Shown here: positions 1 through 11,202 of the stretch, in pieces
Position numbering within the stretch: position 1 is the stretch's first letter
Layout of the letters: each line of letters starts with the position of its first letter
DNA from: a virus
DNA: 64,000 bases
IMG/VR virus record: IMGVR_UViG_3300012931_000015
Location: 64,001-128,000 of that record
Direction: 5' to 3' (one strand)
The notes under the pieces: model-generated
Database searches by the model: none
The model's input: only the letters and a program-made list of their open reading frames with translations
Told to the model about the DNA's origin: nothing
Made by a program: the position numbers and the translations under genes

Positions 1-646
1 TTAATGAATTATAATTTTTTATTTTATAACATGATACGGGTATTATGTGGTCAATGTTCCATTTCTTATTTTTATAATCTCTTATTTGTTTACCATAATT
101 ATTCCAATTCATCCAGTCTTCAAATTGGGATTCTAAATGTTGTTTTAGATCATTAAATGTATATTTTAGTATATGCTCACTTTTTTTATTGTTTTTATTT
201 TTTTTCAACGATTTATAAATATAAGATGATATATTACTATGTAATTTTAAATAAGGTTTTTCTTCTAATCTTTTTTTTATTCTTTTTACGTGTTTTTCTA
301 ATTTTTGTTTATGTTTAGAAATATTGTTTTTAGTATTATAGTAATATTTTTTATCATTTATTTTTTGTTTCTCTTTATTTTTAATTTTTTTTCTTCTTTT
401 TTTATTTTTCTCCATATTATTATATTTATTATAATATTCTAATCTTTTTTTGTGATTTTTAGAATTTGCTGTATAATTTAACCATGATTTTTGTAACTTT
501 TTATAATTTTCTAGCATACTATAATATTTTTTTCTTTGTATTTTTATACATTCTTTACATTGTGGTCTATATTTTTTAGTATCTTTTTTAAATTCAAAGT
601 TTTTTATATTTTTTTTCTTATTACATACAACACAAATTTTTTTCAA
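1..646 (-). CDS. HNH-type endonuclease, partial (runs off window start; not in ORF track)
   Basis: Manual translation: TTG start overlapping the upstream TGA, CxxC at the N-terminus, then HLESQFEDWMNWNNYG...WNIDHIIPVS; resembles 61094..62038. Middle of the frame not fully checked. Confidence 0.7.
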   Translation of the reverse strand, partial: MKKICVVCNKKKNIKNFEFKKDTKKYRPQCKECIKIQRKKYYSMLENYKKLQKSWLNYTANSKNHKKRLEYYNKYNNMEKNKKRRKKIKNKEKQKINDKKYYYNTKNNISKHKQKLEKHVKRIKKRLEEKPYLKLHSNISSYIYKSLKKNKNNKKSEHILKYTFNDLKQHLESQFEDWMNWNNYGKQIRDYKNKKWNIDHIIPVSCYKIKNYNSL

Positions 647-1491
647 CTTTTATTCCCCGTAAATTCATCCCAATTATTCATTACAGGATCGCGCTGTAAG
701 TATATAGGTAAATCAGATTTATTTATCTTAACAAGCGATTTCCAGCATTGTGATGCGCCTTGCGAGGGGTGTAAATTTCTCATTGTTGAAATAGTATTTG
801 AGTTTATTTTAAAAAATACTTCATTTAACCAATTTTTTGTAGAAGGACACCCGTCGGCTACAGGAATTGCAAGCGATTTACGTCTTATACTATCATCGTT
901 AGCTCTTACATAGCACATGTGGTGATATTTTACATCTTCAAAATGTTTTCGGTCAGTTACTCTGTTTACTCTAACTCCTGTTATTTCTTTTACTTTTTTT
1001 GGGTTTAAAGCAAATACTGGACTACAAGGTTCTGTTGGTTCAACTCTAAAAAAAACACTTGAAACATAGGTGAACATTTTACAACTATAACTTGTATGAC
1101 TTAAATTATCATCTTTTATATGTTGTATTGCTCTCTGTAAGTTCTCATCATCAAATATTTCATCCGTATCTAAAACTAATATTAAATCTGCTTCTGGATA
1201 ATGTCTTTTAGCAAAATCTACCGCATAGGTATAATGGTCTAATTGATTGTCCCAAGCTCCGGTTATATTAACTATTTTATCAGCGTGGTCATTTACTTTT
1301 TTCCATTCACTCATTATAGGTAAACAGGTATTGCCTATACTATCACTTTGACCTTTCCATGATACCATAGAATGAAAAAATAGCATTTTATAACAAGTAT
1401 TATAAATACTATCTGCCATTGCCTTTACAAAATCTTCACCCTGATATGTTGGCGAAATACTTATTATTTTCAAATCATTATTATTTGTCAT
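643..1491 (-). CDS. GT-A fold (GT2-like) glycosyltransferase
   Basis: LVLDTDEIF DxD motif and HHMCYVR C-terminal motif; paralogous to 33573..34427 and 39427..40254. Confidence 0.7.
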   Translation of the reverse strand: MTNNNDLKIISISPTYQGEDFVKAMADSIYNTCYKMLFFHSMVSWKGQSDSIGNTCLPIMSEWKKVNDHADKIVNITGAWDNQLDHYTYAVDFAKRHYPEADLILVLDTDEIFDDENLQRAIQHIKDDNLSHTSYSCKMFTYVSSVFFRVEPTEPCSPVFALNPKKVKEITGVRVNRVTDRKHFEDVKYHHMCYVRANDDSIRRKSLAIPVADGCPSTKNWLNEVFFKINSNTISTMRNLHPSQGASQCWKSLVKINKSDLPIYLQRDPVMNNWDEFTGNKS

Positions 1492-2759
1492 ACTTTTATT
1501 TAATTCTCCTTAAACTTTTTTATAAAAATAAGAAATGAAACCATAAAATAGATTACACATAATATTAGTAGTGGAGATAATAAAATCAAAATTATTATTT
1601 CAAGAACTTTCTTTATCATTTAAATTTTTCTATTTCTTTTTCTAAATCGAATATTTTATCTTTTAAATCTTCAATATTTTCTTCTAATTCTTCTATTTTG
1701 TTTTCTTTATCTTCAAAACAACTCTCACAATATACTACATCATTAGTTATATCGATAGGTAAATGACAATCATTACAGTTTATATAATCTTCTAAAATTT
1801 GTTTTATTACATTTTCGTTTACAGCTTCAATTTTACAACTGGCTAAACTTACATTGTCTTCAGTATCAATCTCTATTCTGCTAAAGCTAGTATTTGGAAG
1901 ATTAGTTATAGTAAAATCAGATTTTAGTATATCAATTCTAAATTTCATAATATCGTTTTTCCTCTTCTTCCAGATATTTTTTTAAAAAATCATATAATAT
2001 TTTTGTAACAGAAGAGGGCATACTTATTGTGGTTGGATCGCCTAAACTTGTAGCAGTTATTTTTAATTCTTGATTAAGTTTTAATTCAATTGTTCCAAAT
2101 CCTACAACTACAATTGGTTTTATTCCTTCTTCTACTTCTTGTATCATTTTTTCAATTTTTAACATTTTTTTCTCCTTCAAATTTTTGTATATGAGTATTC
2201 AGGTAATAAGCCTAAATAAACTTCTGGTCTTTCATCAATAGTTCTGTTTACAGTTTTAAGCCATACCCAACCCGTATTAGTTTTAACGGGTTTCCATGCA
2301 AACCACTTATCTTTTATTATATAATCCTTATTGTTTTTCATTTTATAACCTTTTTATTATATTAATTTATTTTTACTCAAAAAAGTATCTCTTTCGTATT
2401 TGGTATCAAATTCAAGTTTAAAATTACTCATGTACTTATTATGAGTATCAATGTTTAATTCAATTTTAACAAACTCTGAATTTAATAATTCTGTTATACT
2501 AAAATCTTTTTTTGTAATTTCTGCTGTTATTTTCATAATTTTTCTTTCAACTCTTTTATTAATTTTTCTAATTTTGCATTTCTTTGATAATTTTTAAGTA
2601 AAAGATAGCAATAATAAAAACTCAATATACTCATAAACCCTGCCGGAAAGTTTTTTGCTGAAAAGTAATAAATACTAAATCCTACTAAAAGTGCTAAAGT
2701 AATTATAAATGATGCTACATTAATGTTAAATACAAAGCTTCTTTTCATTTTTTTTACCT

Positions 2760-3416
2760 CTATACTCTTATGTTGTTAAACTGATAATAATAACTTAAAA
2801 CTTTCTCATCATAAGGTTTTATGTTTTTTACTCTATACATTACAGTTTTGAATTGTTCTATTTCACTTGATGAATTACAATTTTTTAAAATATTATGTCT
2901 TCCGGCATTATAAGCTAAGATTGTTTTTTTAAGATCACCATTAAAATAGGTATTCCACTTATTAACATATTTATACCACATTTTAGCTACATATAAAATA
3001 TCTTTTTCACTACCTTTTTTGTAATTATGCTCATCCTGCGTTACTTCCTGCCATGTCCCCTGCATAAACTGAACTGCTGTTATTTCTCCACTTGATCCAA
3101 TACTGTTATTATCAAAACCAGTTTCTACAAGGGCAGTTGCTATGAAAAGATTTGAGGACAGATGAGGGTATTTTTTTTCTAAATCATAAAGCAAATTAGA
3201 AAGTGTAATTTTTTGTTCGTTGTTTATATTTATGTTATACTTATTTAATATTGCTAAAGTTTTTTTAACATAATTATTTTTTTTAATTTGTTCTATTACT
3301 CTAAAATATTCATTTTTAAATTCATTATCCCTATCTCGATATTGTACGGAAGAACATAAAACAAACAGCAACACTATCGAAATAACTAATACAGTAAAAT
3401 TCTTTTTTTTATTCAT
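2760..3416 (-). CDS. Lytic transglycosylase (SLT domain) with N-terminal membrane anchor
   Basis: ALVETGF (catalytic E), AVQFMQGTW, ILAYNAG motifs; hydrophobic N-terminus. Confidence 0.85.
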   Translation of the reverse strand: MNKKKNFTVLVISIVLLFVLCSSVQYRDRDNEFKNEYFRVIEQIKKNNYVKKTLAILNKYNININNEQKITLSNLLYDLEKKYPHLSSNLFIATALVETGFDNNSIGSSGEITAVQFMQGTWQEVTQDEHNYKKGSEKDILYVAKMWYKYVNKWNTYFNGDLKKTILAYNAGRHNILKNCNSSSEIEQFKTVMYRVKNIKPYDEKVLSYYYQFNNIRV

Positions 3417-3460
3417 AATCTTTCTCCTATCAAAAAATATTTAAACAAAATAATATAATT

Positions 3461-4405
3461 TTACTGTTTTGTCAAGTTACTTTTTGAAATAATTTCATTT
3501 ATTTTACATTTGAGTTTATCCGAGAATTCAGCTTTGTATTTTTCAATTCTATCTTTATTTTGTTCTAAAATAGTACAATCCGGTTTTACAAAAACACCAA
3601 CCCTTTTAAAAAGTTTTATTCTGGGGGTTACCGGAATATTTTTATAAGTCCATGTAAAACAAACAGGTACATTATTACTAAGGCAAGCTATTGCTGTATG
3701 AACTCTATTTGTAATTACAAAACTAGCATTCTGATATAACTGATATAAACTATACCAATGACTTAAAAATAAATAATGATCTTTAAACTTCGGTATGTTA
3801 TGTTTTGTGGTTGAAGTATTTTCTATTATGTATACATATTTATAATGTTTTTTTAAATCATTTAAAGTATTTTTTATTTTAGGTATATTATCTTGTAAGC
3901 TATCAATATTAATTACTGCGTATCTTTTTTTATTATTCAATTTTTTATGAATATCACTAAGATAAAAAGCACAATCAATTCCTCTAAAGACATTATTATT
4001 TGATCTGTCAAAAGCTTTATATGTCTCATCATCCCTTATAAAAAAATAATTATTTGATACTTTTTCCATTTCTTTGCAGTAACTTATTTCTATTTCATCA
4101 TAATTAAACATACCTAAACCAAGCCATATCTTAATTGGTTTCAGGCTTAATATATTTCTTATTGCTTGTATCGCATATTCAGAAATTAAAGAACCACATG
4201 CTATAAATATTATATCATAGCTATTAAGTTCTTTCTGAAAAGGTTTTATAAAACTTTTATTATCTTGATTAACAGTTTCAAGAGCTTCAAATAAATCTAT
4301 GTGTTCGTTTGGAAATATTTGTTTTATTAGATATTCTGCGCCGATGTTAATAAATTCATTTCCGGCATTTAAAGAAGTCGGACAGGTCAATAAGGCTATT
4401 CTCAT
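3461..4405 (-). CDS. Polysaccharide pyruvyl transferase family protein
   Basis: NAGNEFI, FIRDDET, DCAF and VITNRVHTAIACL motifs. Confidence 0.8.
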   Translation of the reverse strand: MRIALLTCPTSLNAGNEFINIGAEYLIKQIFPNEHIDLFEALETVNQDNKSFIKPFQKELNSYDIIFIACGSLISEYAIQAIRNILSLKPIKIWLGLGMFNYDEIEISYCKEMEKVSNNYFFIRDDETYKAFDRSNNNVFRGIDCAFYLSDIHKKLNNKKRYAVINIDSLQDNIPKIKNTLNDLKKHYKYVYIIENTSTTKHNIPKFKDHYLFLSHWYSLYQLYQNASFVITNRVHTAIACLSNNVPVCFTWTYKNIPVTPRIKLFKRVGVFVKPDCTILEQNKDRIEKYKAEFSDKLKCKINEIISKSNLTKQ

Positions 4406-4794
4406 TATTCATTGCTCTTTAATTTTATTAGTTTAAATACTTTGTTTTCCATTATTCGTATTACACGGTGAACTTCTGTATCTACTTCTCTTTTTGATAT
4501 TTTTTTAGTTGTGTTACTTGAGAAATCTCTTAGTTTAGCTAGTAACAATTCTAGCACTTCGTGAAATGATGCTTTGTATATTTCTTCTTTTGTTGTAGTT
4601 TTATCTTCTATCCAATCCTTACCCCATGAAAAAATAACGTTTTGAGCTCCATTCATTTCATGCCAGCGAGTAGAAGCTATAGTGCCTTTTTCATCATCTT
4701 CTTCAAAATAGATTTCCCATTCGTGTAAGCTGAAGAAGTCAATGTATTTTGTTATGCTATCTTTAAATAATTTTACTTTTACAGCTTTTGTCAT
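4405..4794 (-). CDS. Hypothetical protein, possible zincin-like fold
   Basis: FHEVLELLL resembles HExxH with the second His replaced. Confidence 0.3.
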   Translation of the reverse strand: MTKAVKVKLFKDSITKYIDFFSLHEWEIYFEEDDEKGTIASTRWHEMNGAQNVIFSWGKDWIEDKTTTKEEIYKASFHEVLELLLAKLRDFSSNTTKKISKREVDTEVHRVIRIMENKVFKLIKLKSNE

Positions 4795-4801
4795 AAATAT
4801 T

Positions 4802-5593
4802 TTATCTATAATTTCTTTTTATTTCTTCACATAGTTTATTAAAATTTATACTATCCCAATCTTTCTTGCAATCGCTAAAACTGTATCCTACTTCTTTAAC
4901 TGCTTCTTGTACCCAAGCTTCTTTTTCTCTACATGTTTCACTAATAGTTCCGCTATGATCTCTGTAATAAAACATAGCATTAGGATTATTTACAATTTTT
5001 CCGGTTTTACAAATAAAAGCGTACAAAATTCCTTCAAAATAATACGACCAACTATTTTTATATTGATCTAAACCACTATTTAAAATAGCTTTTCTATTTA
5101 ATAAAAATCCACCCATATACATAGGGTGTTGACCAATAAATTGCTTAAAGTTTAAATTGCCATCATTTACTTTTCTTACATTACCATGATTATTATTATA
5201 ATTACTACAAAAACAAGCATTAGCATTAAATGATTTTATAGTTTGTAATTGAAAAGCACAACTTCTTCTATCTATGTAGTCATCATAAGAATTCCATTTC
5301 AAGTATTCACAATCACTTTCTTTCCAGCATTCCCATATTTTTTTCCATATACCGCCCGGTCTAAAATAGCTGTGTTTTGGAAAAGTTACAATTTTATGTG
5401 CATATTGTTTTACTATTTCTAGTCTGTCTGGTTGTAGGTTTTCATCTACAGCACAAGTTATTTTAACAGGAATTGTTTGTTCTTTTAATAAGCTTAGACT
5501 GAATTTTAAATAATCAATGTTTGGATTTTCCCAATTTTTACCGGATACACCGAGAGGCATTACTACTTCTATTTGAAAATTATTGTTGTTCAA
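4802..5593 (-). CDS. GT2 family glycosyltransferase
   Basis: VVMP start, SYDDY acidic motif, FYYRDHSGTIS C-terminal motif. Confidence 0.75.
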   Translation of the reverse strand: MNNNNFQIEVVMPLGVSGKNWENPNIDYLKFSLSLLKEQTIPVKITCAVDENLQPDRLEIVKQYAHKIVTFPKHSYFRPGGIWKKIWECWKESDCEYLKWNSYDDYIDRRSCAFQLQTIKSFNANACFCSNYNNNHGNVRKVNDGNLNFKQFIGQHPMYMGGFLLNRKAILNSGLDQYKNSWSYYFEGILYAFICKTGKIVNNPNAMFYYRDHSGTISETCREKEAWVQEAVKEVGYSFSDCKKDWDSINFNKLCEEIKRNYR

Positions 5594-5961
5594 AATATTA
5601 TACTCCTGTTGGTGCTGTAAACACTTTAAAAATATTATTATCAGTTTTTTCCCTACACTTAGTATTTATTGCAAAAATTACTAATTGTATTTTTGCTTTA
5701 GAAACTCTGCTTTGAAATTTTAATACTGATAAATCAATTGTTTTCCATCTTAGCCAGTTAAAAAATCCCTTTTTTAAAATGTGTTCAATATCTTTTAAAT
5801 CTTTAGTGGATAAGTGAGCATAATATATTGGTTTTAAGAAGGGTTGTTTATCTGTAATTATTTTAGTAAAATCATAAACTGTTAATTTTTTATTAGTTTT
5901 TTTATTTAACCAATCATCATAAGGAAAAGCCCATATACATATTTTATCACTAATCCATTTG

Positions 5962-6249
5962 TTATTTTTCATTATTACCCCGTTTTAGATAATCAATACT
6001 TTTTGCTTCCATAAATAATATATCATTTTTTGTGAAAACACTACCCGAAGCTTTAATTGAAATAGAAGGTTTTAAATATTTAAGACAAGTATCAGCTAGG
6101 GTATTATAAGTTTTTATTATCATTTCATTGATAGGTTTCTTATTGTATTTTAGATTGTCTGCTTTTATTATAAGATGAGTTTCTTTTTGATCTGGATTTA
6201 TATCATTTTTTACATTTATAATTTTTAATACTTTACCTTTTACTGTCAT
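5962..6249 (-). CDS. Short SSB-like OB-fold protein
   Basis: YNTLADTCLKYLKPSISIKASG resembles the SSB core; no acidic tail. Confidence 0.55.
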   Translation of the reverse strand: MTVKGKVLKIINVKNDINPDQKETHLIIKADNLKYNKKPINEMIIKTYNTLADTCLKYLKPSISIKASGSVFTKNDILFMEAKSIDYLKRGNNEK

Positions 6250-6275
6250 AACTTTTTTTTACCTTTTTAAAATAA

Positions 6276-6463
6276 GTAAAAGACAGAGTGATTTACATTT
6301 TAGACAAAAAGCTTGAAACAATGTGTACTGGCAACCATGTTTCCTTTATATTTACCCAAATTTAAAATAGTTAGCCACTTCAAGTAAAACTATATCCTTT
6401 TGTAATAAATCTACAAGTTACATATACTATTTATTTTAGCAACTATTTTTCTCTGCCTTCTAC
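6276..6463 (-). ncRNA. Candidate structured ncRNA or 5' leader, about 190 nt
   Basis: 13-bp closing stem with G:U pairs that work only on the minus strand; inner 9-bp stem; begins just after a promoter. Confidence 0.55.
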
Positions 6464-6474
6464 AAGTGAATTAT

Positions 6475-6503
6475 AATGTATCAAAATTAAACTTATAAGT
6501 CAA
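6475..6503 (-). promoter_or_regulatory. sigma70-type promoter
   Basis: TTGACT-17 nt-TACATT. Confidence 0.6.
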
Positions 6504-6540
6504 ATAAAATTTTTAATTATATAATATTTTTACAATTATA

Positions 6541-6825
6541 TTACATAAAGAAGTTTTTTAATTTAGTAATCATAATATTCCCGACTTCTTTTTTTATTTC
6601 ATTCCCATTATCATCTATTTTTAATAATGTAGGAACACTCATAATAGAATATTTTTCAATTAAATTAAAATTAGTTTCATCTGCTATATTTATGTTTTCT
6701 ATATTTTGTGATAAGTCTAATTCATTTAGATGTTTATTAAGCTGTTTACAAGGTATGCAAGTATCAGAATAAAATTTATATATTTTCATAATTTTTTTCC
6801 TTTTTATATAATTATAATTAACCAC
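6541..6825 (-). CDS. Thioredoxin
   Basis: CIPC redox motif and SVPT cis-Pro motif; directly downstream of the RNR. Confidence 0.9.
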   Translation of the reverse strand: MVNYNYIKRKKIMKIYKFYSDTCIPCKQLNKHLNELDLSQNIENINIADETNFNLIEKYSIMSVPTLLKIDDNGNEIKKEVGNIMITKLKNFFM

Positions 6826-9800
6826 ACAAACTATAAAAACAAGTAGGACATTTCATACACGATTCACTAAAAACTAATTTTTCACCACATTCAGGACAAA
6901 TTACTGATGATTTTTCCCCTACTTTGATATATTTTAAAAGAGCTTTTGCAATACTTTTTTCTAGTGATAAAATTGAGCCTTGTGCTTTCTGTAATTGTTC
7001 AACTATAAATTTTAGATCAATCTCATGTCTTAATGCTAACGATATTAATCTAGTCAACCCTTCATTTGTAGGATTATCATAATATTTATTAATATCTTCT
7101 ATTACAATTTTACCATCAATTTCAACTTGATATATTTTTTTACTTTTCTTTATTAAGAAACATTCTTCAACATTGTCTTCAATATGAACTCCATTTTCTT
7201 TTCCAGCAAAAATCTCAAAAGGTTTATTATCAACCAATCCTAAAAATATATTCCAGCGTTCGCCTTTAAAATTAATTTTATAAATTTTAGTTTTAACTTT
7301 AATAGGTCTTTTTTTAGCAATTCTTTTATCTTGATTATTATCTTCTCTTATTAAGATACCTTCTCTGCATCCATCTCTATAAACAGTTACCCCTATAATA
7401 CCTAATTTATGAGCTTGTAAATATACTTCTTCAATATCTTGTACAGTAGCATTAGAAGGTAAATTAATTGTTTTACTAACACTAAGACTTACATTATAGC
7501 TGACTTTACTTAAAAGTTGTAAATGTTCTAATGGTTTAATGTCGCTTGCAACAACAAAAATTTGTTTTTCTTTATCTGTTAGATATTTTGATTTCTGGCA
7601 TGAACCATTATTACTTGATACTTCTTCTAAAATGTTTAATTTTTTATCAGAATAATTATTATCTAAATATTTATCAAATACAGGATCAGTTATAAATATT
7701 TCATCATATTGTTTATTTAACTTTTCAATTTTACGTTTGTAGGCTAGAGCAAAGACAGGTTCAATACCTCCCGATGTTTCTGCTAAAAACGAAATACTGC
7801 CTGTTGGGGCTATTGAACTTATATAACTATTTCTACTCCCATATTTCTTTAAATCTTTTTGTAGTTGTATTAAATCAATACCCGCAAACTCGTATTCAAT
7901 TTCAAAAAATCTTTTATTTGCATTAATAAATAATTCATAATCATAGCTAGGGTAACTGCCATATTCTTTTGCTAATTTTACAGAAGTTTCCATTCCTTTT
8001 AATGTGAGATATTTAATAACTTTATCTGTGAACTGATAAGCTTCTTCAGAATTATAAGATATATTTAACTTATAAAGACAATGTGCTAAACCCATAATTC
8101 CCAATCCAATTGGTCTAATGTTTAATGTAACATTTTTTATTTTTTCTAATGGATAACTATTATTATCTAGCACACTATTGAGAAAAAAAACACCTTTTTT
8201 AATTAGATCAGCATATTTAATCCAGTCAAATTGATTATCTTTATTTACTAAGTTATATAGGTTTATTGAAGCAAGGCAACAACTAGAGTAAGGAGCAGAA
8301 ACGAATTCGTGGCAATTAGAAATATTAAAACCATAACACCAAAAAGTATGAGATAAATTATTAACTGTAATATCATAAACTTCTTGAATACCTAAAGATT
8401 CTATTTTTTTTATTTCAAATGATTCTTTAATTTTGTTTTTGTTTTTTCTTAATTCACATTTTTGTATTAAAATTTCTAATTTTTCCATTTTATATTTTTG
8501 TAAAAATCCTATTGATTCGTAAAATTTTTGTCTATCATTAGATATTGATAAATCATAAGATTGTTTACATTGATATTCGCCATTTCTGAAATTAACTTTT
8601 TTTGGTTTATTTGTTGTATAGTAAGTTCTTATACCTAAAGAAGATAATATGATCTGTAAAGATTTAATCATATTAAAAGAAGCAGATTTATATGTTATTC
8701 TATCTCCAACTATACTACTATTGGCAGAATATAAACCTCGTAAAAAAGAATATAAATCATCTTTGTTCAATTTTAAAAATCTTTCAGGAATTTGTCTATT
8801 ATATGTTTTGCATATTTCGTGAGGTGTAAGTGATGTTTTTATTTCATAACCATTTTTAAAAGCTTTTTGTCTATCTTTAATTATAAGCTTCTCGACTTCT
8901 GAATTAAAATAATCTTGGTCATTTTTTCCTATAATCAAATATATTAAATTATTACTAGCTTTATGTACTGCTCCATCCCCCAAAACTAAGCCATCCATTA
9001 TATAATCTGGGTTAAATTTTTTTAAAGGTTCATAATTTCCTGATAAAATATCTATACTTTTTGCATTTTTTATTTGTGTTTTTACACCGTTTGTTATTAT
9101 TTCGTGGTTATCTGTTGATTCAAAAGTTCCTGCTGTTGTATAATATCTAAAAACTTCTTTTTTACCTGTACAAAACTTATTTATAACTTTAGTCCAACCT
9201 TCCTTAGACCATATAATGTCATTTATCTCAATATCATTTAAATTTTTTATACCCTGTGGTGTTAATATTTTTGCTGTATTAAGTAAACAAGGATTACTCA
9301 ATACATAATCAGTTACATTCTTTATAGGGCATCTATTCCATGCTATTGAATAGTTCATGAGTCCCGGCTCTGCCGAATTCCAAGCATTTTTAACAATTTT
9401 AAGCCATAACTCACTAACAGTAACTTTATTATTATTTTTATCTATCAAATCTATATATTCACCCGATTTTAATTTTACTTGATGAATGCTTTTAGGATTG
9501 TTTTGTAATTTATTATAAAACTCATCAATTATTTTTACTGAAAAATTAAACCTATTAAATTTTGTTAAATCTTTTTTAGCTTCTATGAAATCTAATATAT
9601 CAGGATGTTCTATTGATAAGATACTTGCCCCTGCACCACGTCTTACTCCATTTTGCTGGATACCATCTAATACAGCATTAAATATATTTATAAAAGGAAG
9701 TGGCCCGGAACTATTTCTATTTAAACTTATTATATTTTCTTGTGAACTTCTAAGCTGGGAATGGTCATAACCGACTCCCCCCGATGCTTTTGTAACTATT

Positions 9801-10060
9801 GCACATTCTTTTAAAGCATCAAAAATACCTTCAATACTATCTTCAATTGCCATAGGAAAACAACTACTAAGAGTACCTTTTCTTTCATTATTTGTATTTG
9901 CGTTCATTAGGGTAGGAGATGAAGGAATAAAATTCATATCTCTTATATCTTCATAAATAGGTTCATATAATTTACTAACTCGTTTTGCTATATCATCCCA
10001 TTCTTTTTCATCTTTTAAAAAATATCTATCCTGTAATAGTTTTAGTATATTGTCATTCAT
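6818..10060 (-). CDS. nrdJ: Class II (B12-dependent) ribonucleotide reductase containing an intein
   Basis: PSSPTLMNA, LSSCF, GGVG, RRGAG, NPC..E, IAPTGSIS, VSKTIN, GVTVYRDG motifs; C-terminal TSCPD-like/Zn-ribbon region; no nrdB nearby. Confidence 0.9.
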   Translation of the reverse strand: MNDNILKLLQDRYFLKDEKEWDDIAKRVSKLYEPIYEDIRDMNFIPSSPTLMNANTNNERKGTLSSCFPMAIEDSIEGIFDALKECAIVTKASGGVGYDHSQLRSSQENIISLNRNSSGPLPFINIFNAVLDGIQQNGVRRGAGASILSIEHPDILDFIEAKKDLTKFNRFNFSVKIIDEFYNKLQNNPKSIHQVKLKSGEYIDLIDKNNNKVTVSELWLKIVKNAWNSAEPGLMNYSIAWNRCPIKNVTDYVLSNPCLLNTAKILTPQGIKNLNDIEINDIIWSKEGWTKVINKFCTGKKEVFRYYTTAGTFESTDNHEIITNGVKTQIKNAKSIDILSGNYEPLKKFNPDYIMDGLVLGDGAVHKASNNLIYLIIGKNDQDYFNSEVEKLIIKDRQKAFKNGYEIKTSLTPHEICKTYNRQIPERFLKLNKDDLYSFLRGLYSANSSIVGDRITYKSASFNMIKSLQIILSSLGIRTYYTTNKPKKVNFRNGEYQCKQSYDLSISNDRQKFYESIGFLQKYKMEKLEILIQKCELRKNKNKIKESFEIKKIESLGIQEVYDITVNNLSHTFWCYGFNISNCHEFVSAPYSSCCLASINLYNLVNKDNQFDWIKYADLIKKGVFFLNSVLDNNSYPLEKIKNVTLNIRPIGLGIMGLAHCLYKLNISYNSEEAYQFTDKVIKYLTLKGMETSVKLAKEYGSYPSYDYELFINANKRFFEIEYEFAGIDLIQLQKDLKKYGSRNSYISSIAPTGSISFLAETSGGIEPVFALAYKRKIEKLNKQYDEIFITDPVFDKYLDNNYSDKKLNILEEVSSNNGSCQKSKYLTDKEKQIFVVASDIKPLEHLQLLSKVSYNVSLSVSKTINLPSNATVQDIEEVYLQAHKLGIIGVTVYRDGCREGILIREDNNQDKRIAKKRPIKVKTKIYKINFKGERWNIFLGLVDNKPFEIFAGKENGVHIEDNVEECFLIKKSKKIYQVEIDGKIVIEDINKYYDNPTNEGLTRLISLALRHEIDLKFIVEQLQKAQGSILSLEKSIAKALLKYIKVGEKSSVICPECGEKLVFSESCMKCPTCFYSLCG
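8315..9289 (-). mobile_element. Intein (325 aa) with LAGLIDADG endonuclease in nrdJ
   Basis: Begins CLLNTAKILTPQG, ends VYDITV...FNISN followed by extein Cys; GLVLGDG and FLRGLYSANS blocks; removal restores NPCHEF. Confidence 0.92.
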
Positions 10061-10118
10061 ATTATATAATTCCTTAGTTTTACTTTTTTGAGAAATTTAA
10101 TAATTATTAATTTATTTT

Positions 10119-10502
10119 TTAGTATTGTTTTCCATGTAATCTTTCACGAGTTTTGTTATATTGCATCTTTAATTCAATATGTTTTTCTATGTCTATATTT
10201 AGACCCCCACACATATCGAATAGTCTAATGAAAGTATCACAAATTTCATCTTCCCAGCTATCTTTAATTTTATTTTCAAATTCTTTTTTAAAATTTTCTA
10301 ATGATTTTGATTCATCATGAATGGTAGTATTATATTCAAAAGATTCTAAATCTGCTGTTTTATTTTTTCTGTGAGCTTCAAGGCATTCACCTAATTCACT
10401 TGTAACAAGCATTAGCATTTCGCCAAAATTACGTTCTTTATCCCAAAACCCTTTATCTTTAGCAGTTTGATGACATTCTTTAACTAATTCTTTTAATTCC
10501 AT
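10119..10502 (-). CDS. MazG-like nucleotide pyrophosphohydrolase
   Basis: SELGECLEA...EDEICD...KMQYNKTR pattern. Confidence 0.85.
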   Translation of the reverse strand: MELKELVKECHQTAKDKGFWDKERNFGEMLMLVTSELGECLEAHRKNKTADLESFEYNTTIHDESKSLENFKKEFENKIKDSWEDEICDTFIRLFDMCGGLNIDIEKHIELKMQYNKTRERLHGKQY

Positions 10503-11162
10503 GTTTTTATTTATTCTCCTTATTTTCTTTTTTAAGTTTTTTTATTTCATTTTTTAGTTTTTCAATTTCTTCATTTTTTTCAAGCAGACATAATTCACAA
10601 AAAACATTTTCATTTTCTGAATTGATTTCAGTTAAACAATTATAACATTTTAATTCACGAGGCATAGTTATAAATAGTCCTTTCGTTTCAATAATGTGCT
10701 GTTAAATATAATTTATTGTCTTCTCTGTATTTTATATAACTAAATATATCAAAGAATTCGGAATTTGTTTCGGGATAATCTATATTTGGTTTTTTTATTG
10801 TTTTCCAATTATGTTCTGTAAAATATTTATCCTCTATTCTTTCAACAAAAATAGGAGAATTTCTATCAATATCATATTTATAAATATAATCTAATAAATC
10901 TTGAACTGTAAAACACCAAGGTTTTATTTCACTTTCTTTAGTAGTTAATAGTTCTTCTTTTATTTCATCATCTGTAATTATAGTACCCATTATATTTTAT
11001 TTCCTTTTACTTTTCATTTCAAGATATTTAAACTTAATGTAAGCAATCGGGTATTGTGTTATAAACCTAAACCATTGTTTAAATGTTACTGGCATAATGA
11101 ATCTTAAACTTTCTTTATAAAACCCTTTCCTCATAATTATTTTTCTCCTTAACTATTTTTTT

Positions 11163-11190
11163 ATTTTAACTTATAATTTTTTAATGTCAA
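11163..11190 (-). promoter_or_regulatory. sigma70-type promoter
   Basis: TTGACA-16 nt-TAAAAT in an intergenic gap. Confidence 0.5.
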
Positions 11191-11202
11191 GCAAAAATTA
11201 AA

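Noticed and set aside
8315-9289. Group I intron in nrdJ
   Set aside because: The insertion is in frame with Cys and Asn-Cys splice junctions, so it is an intein.
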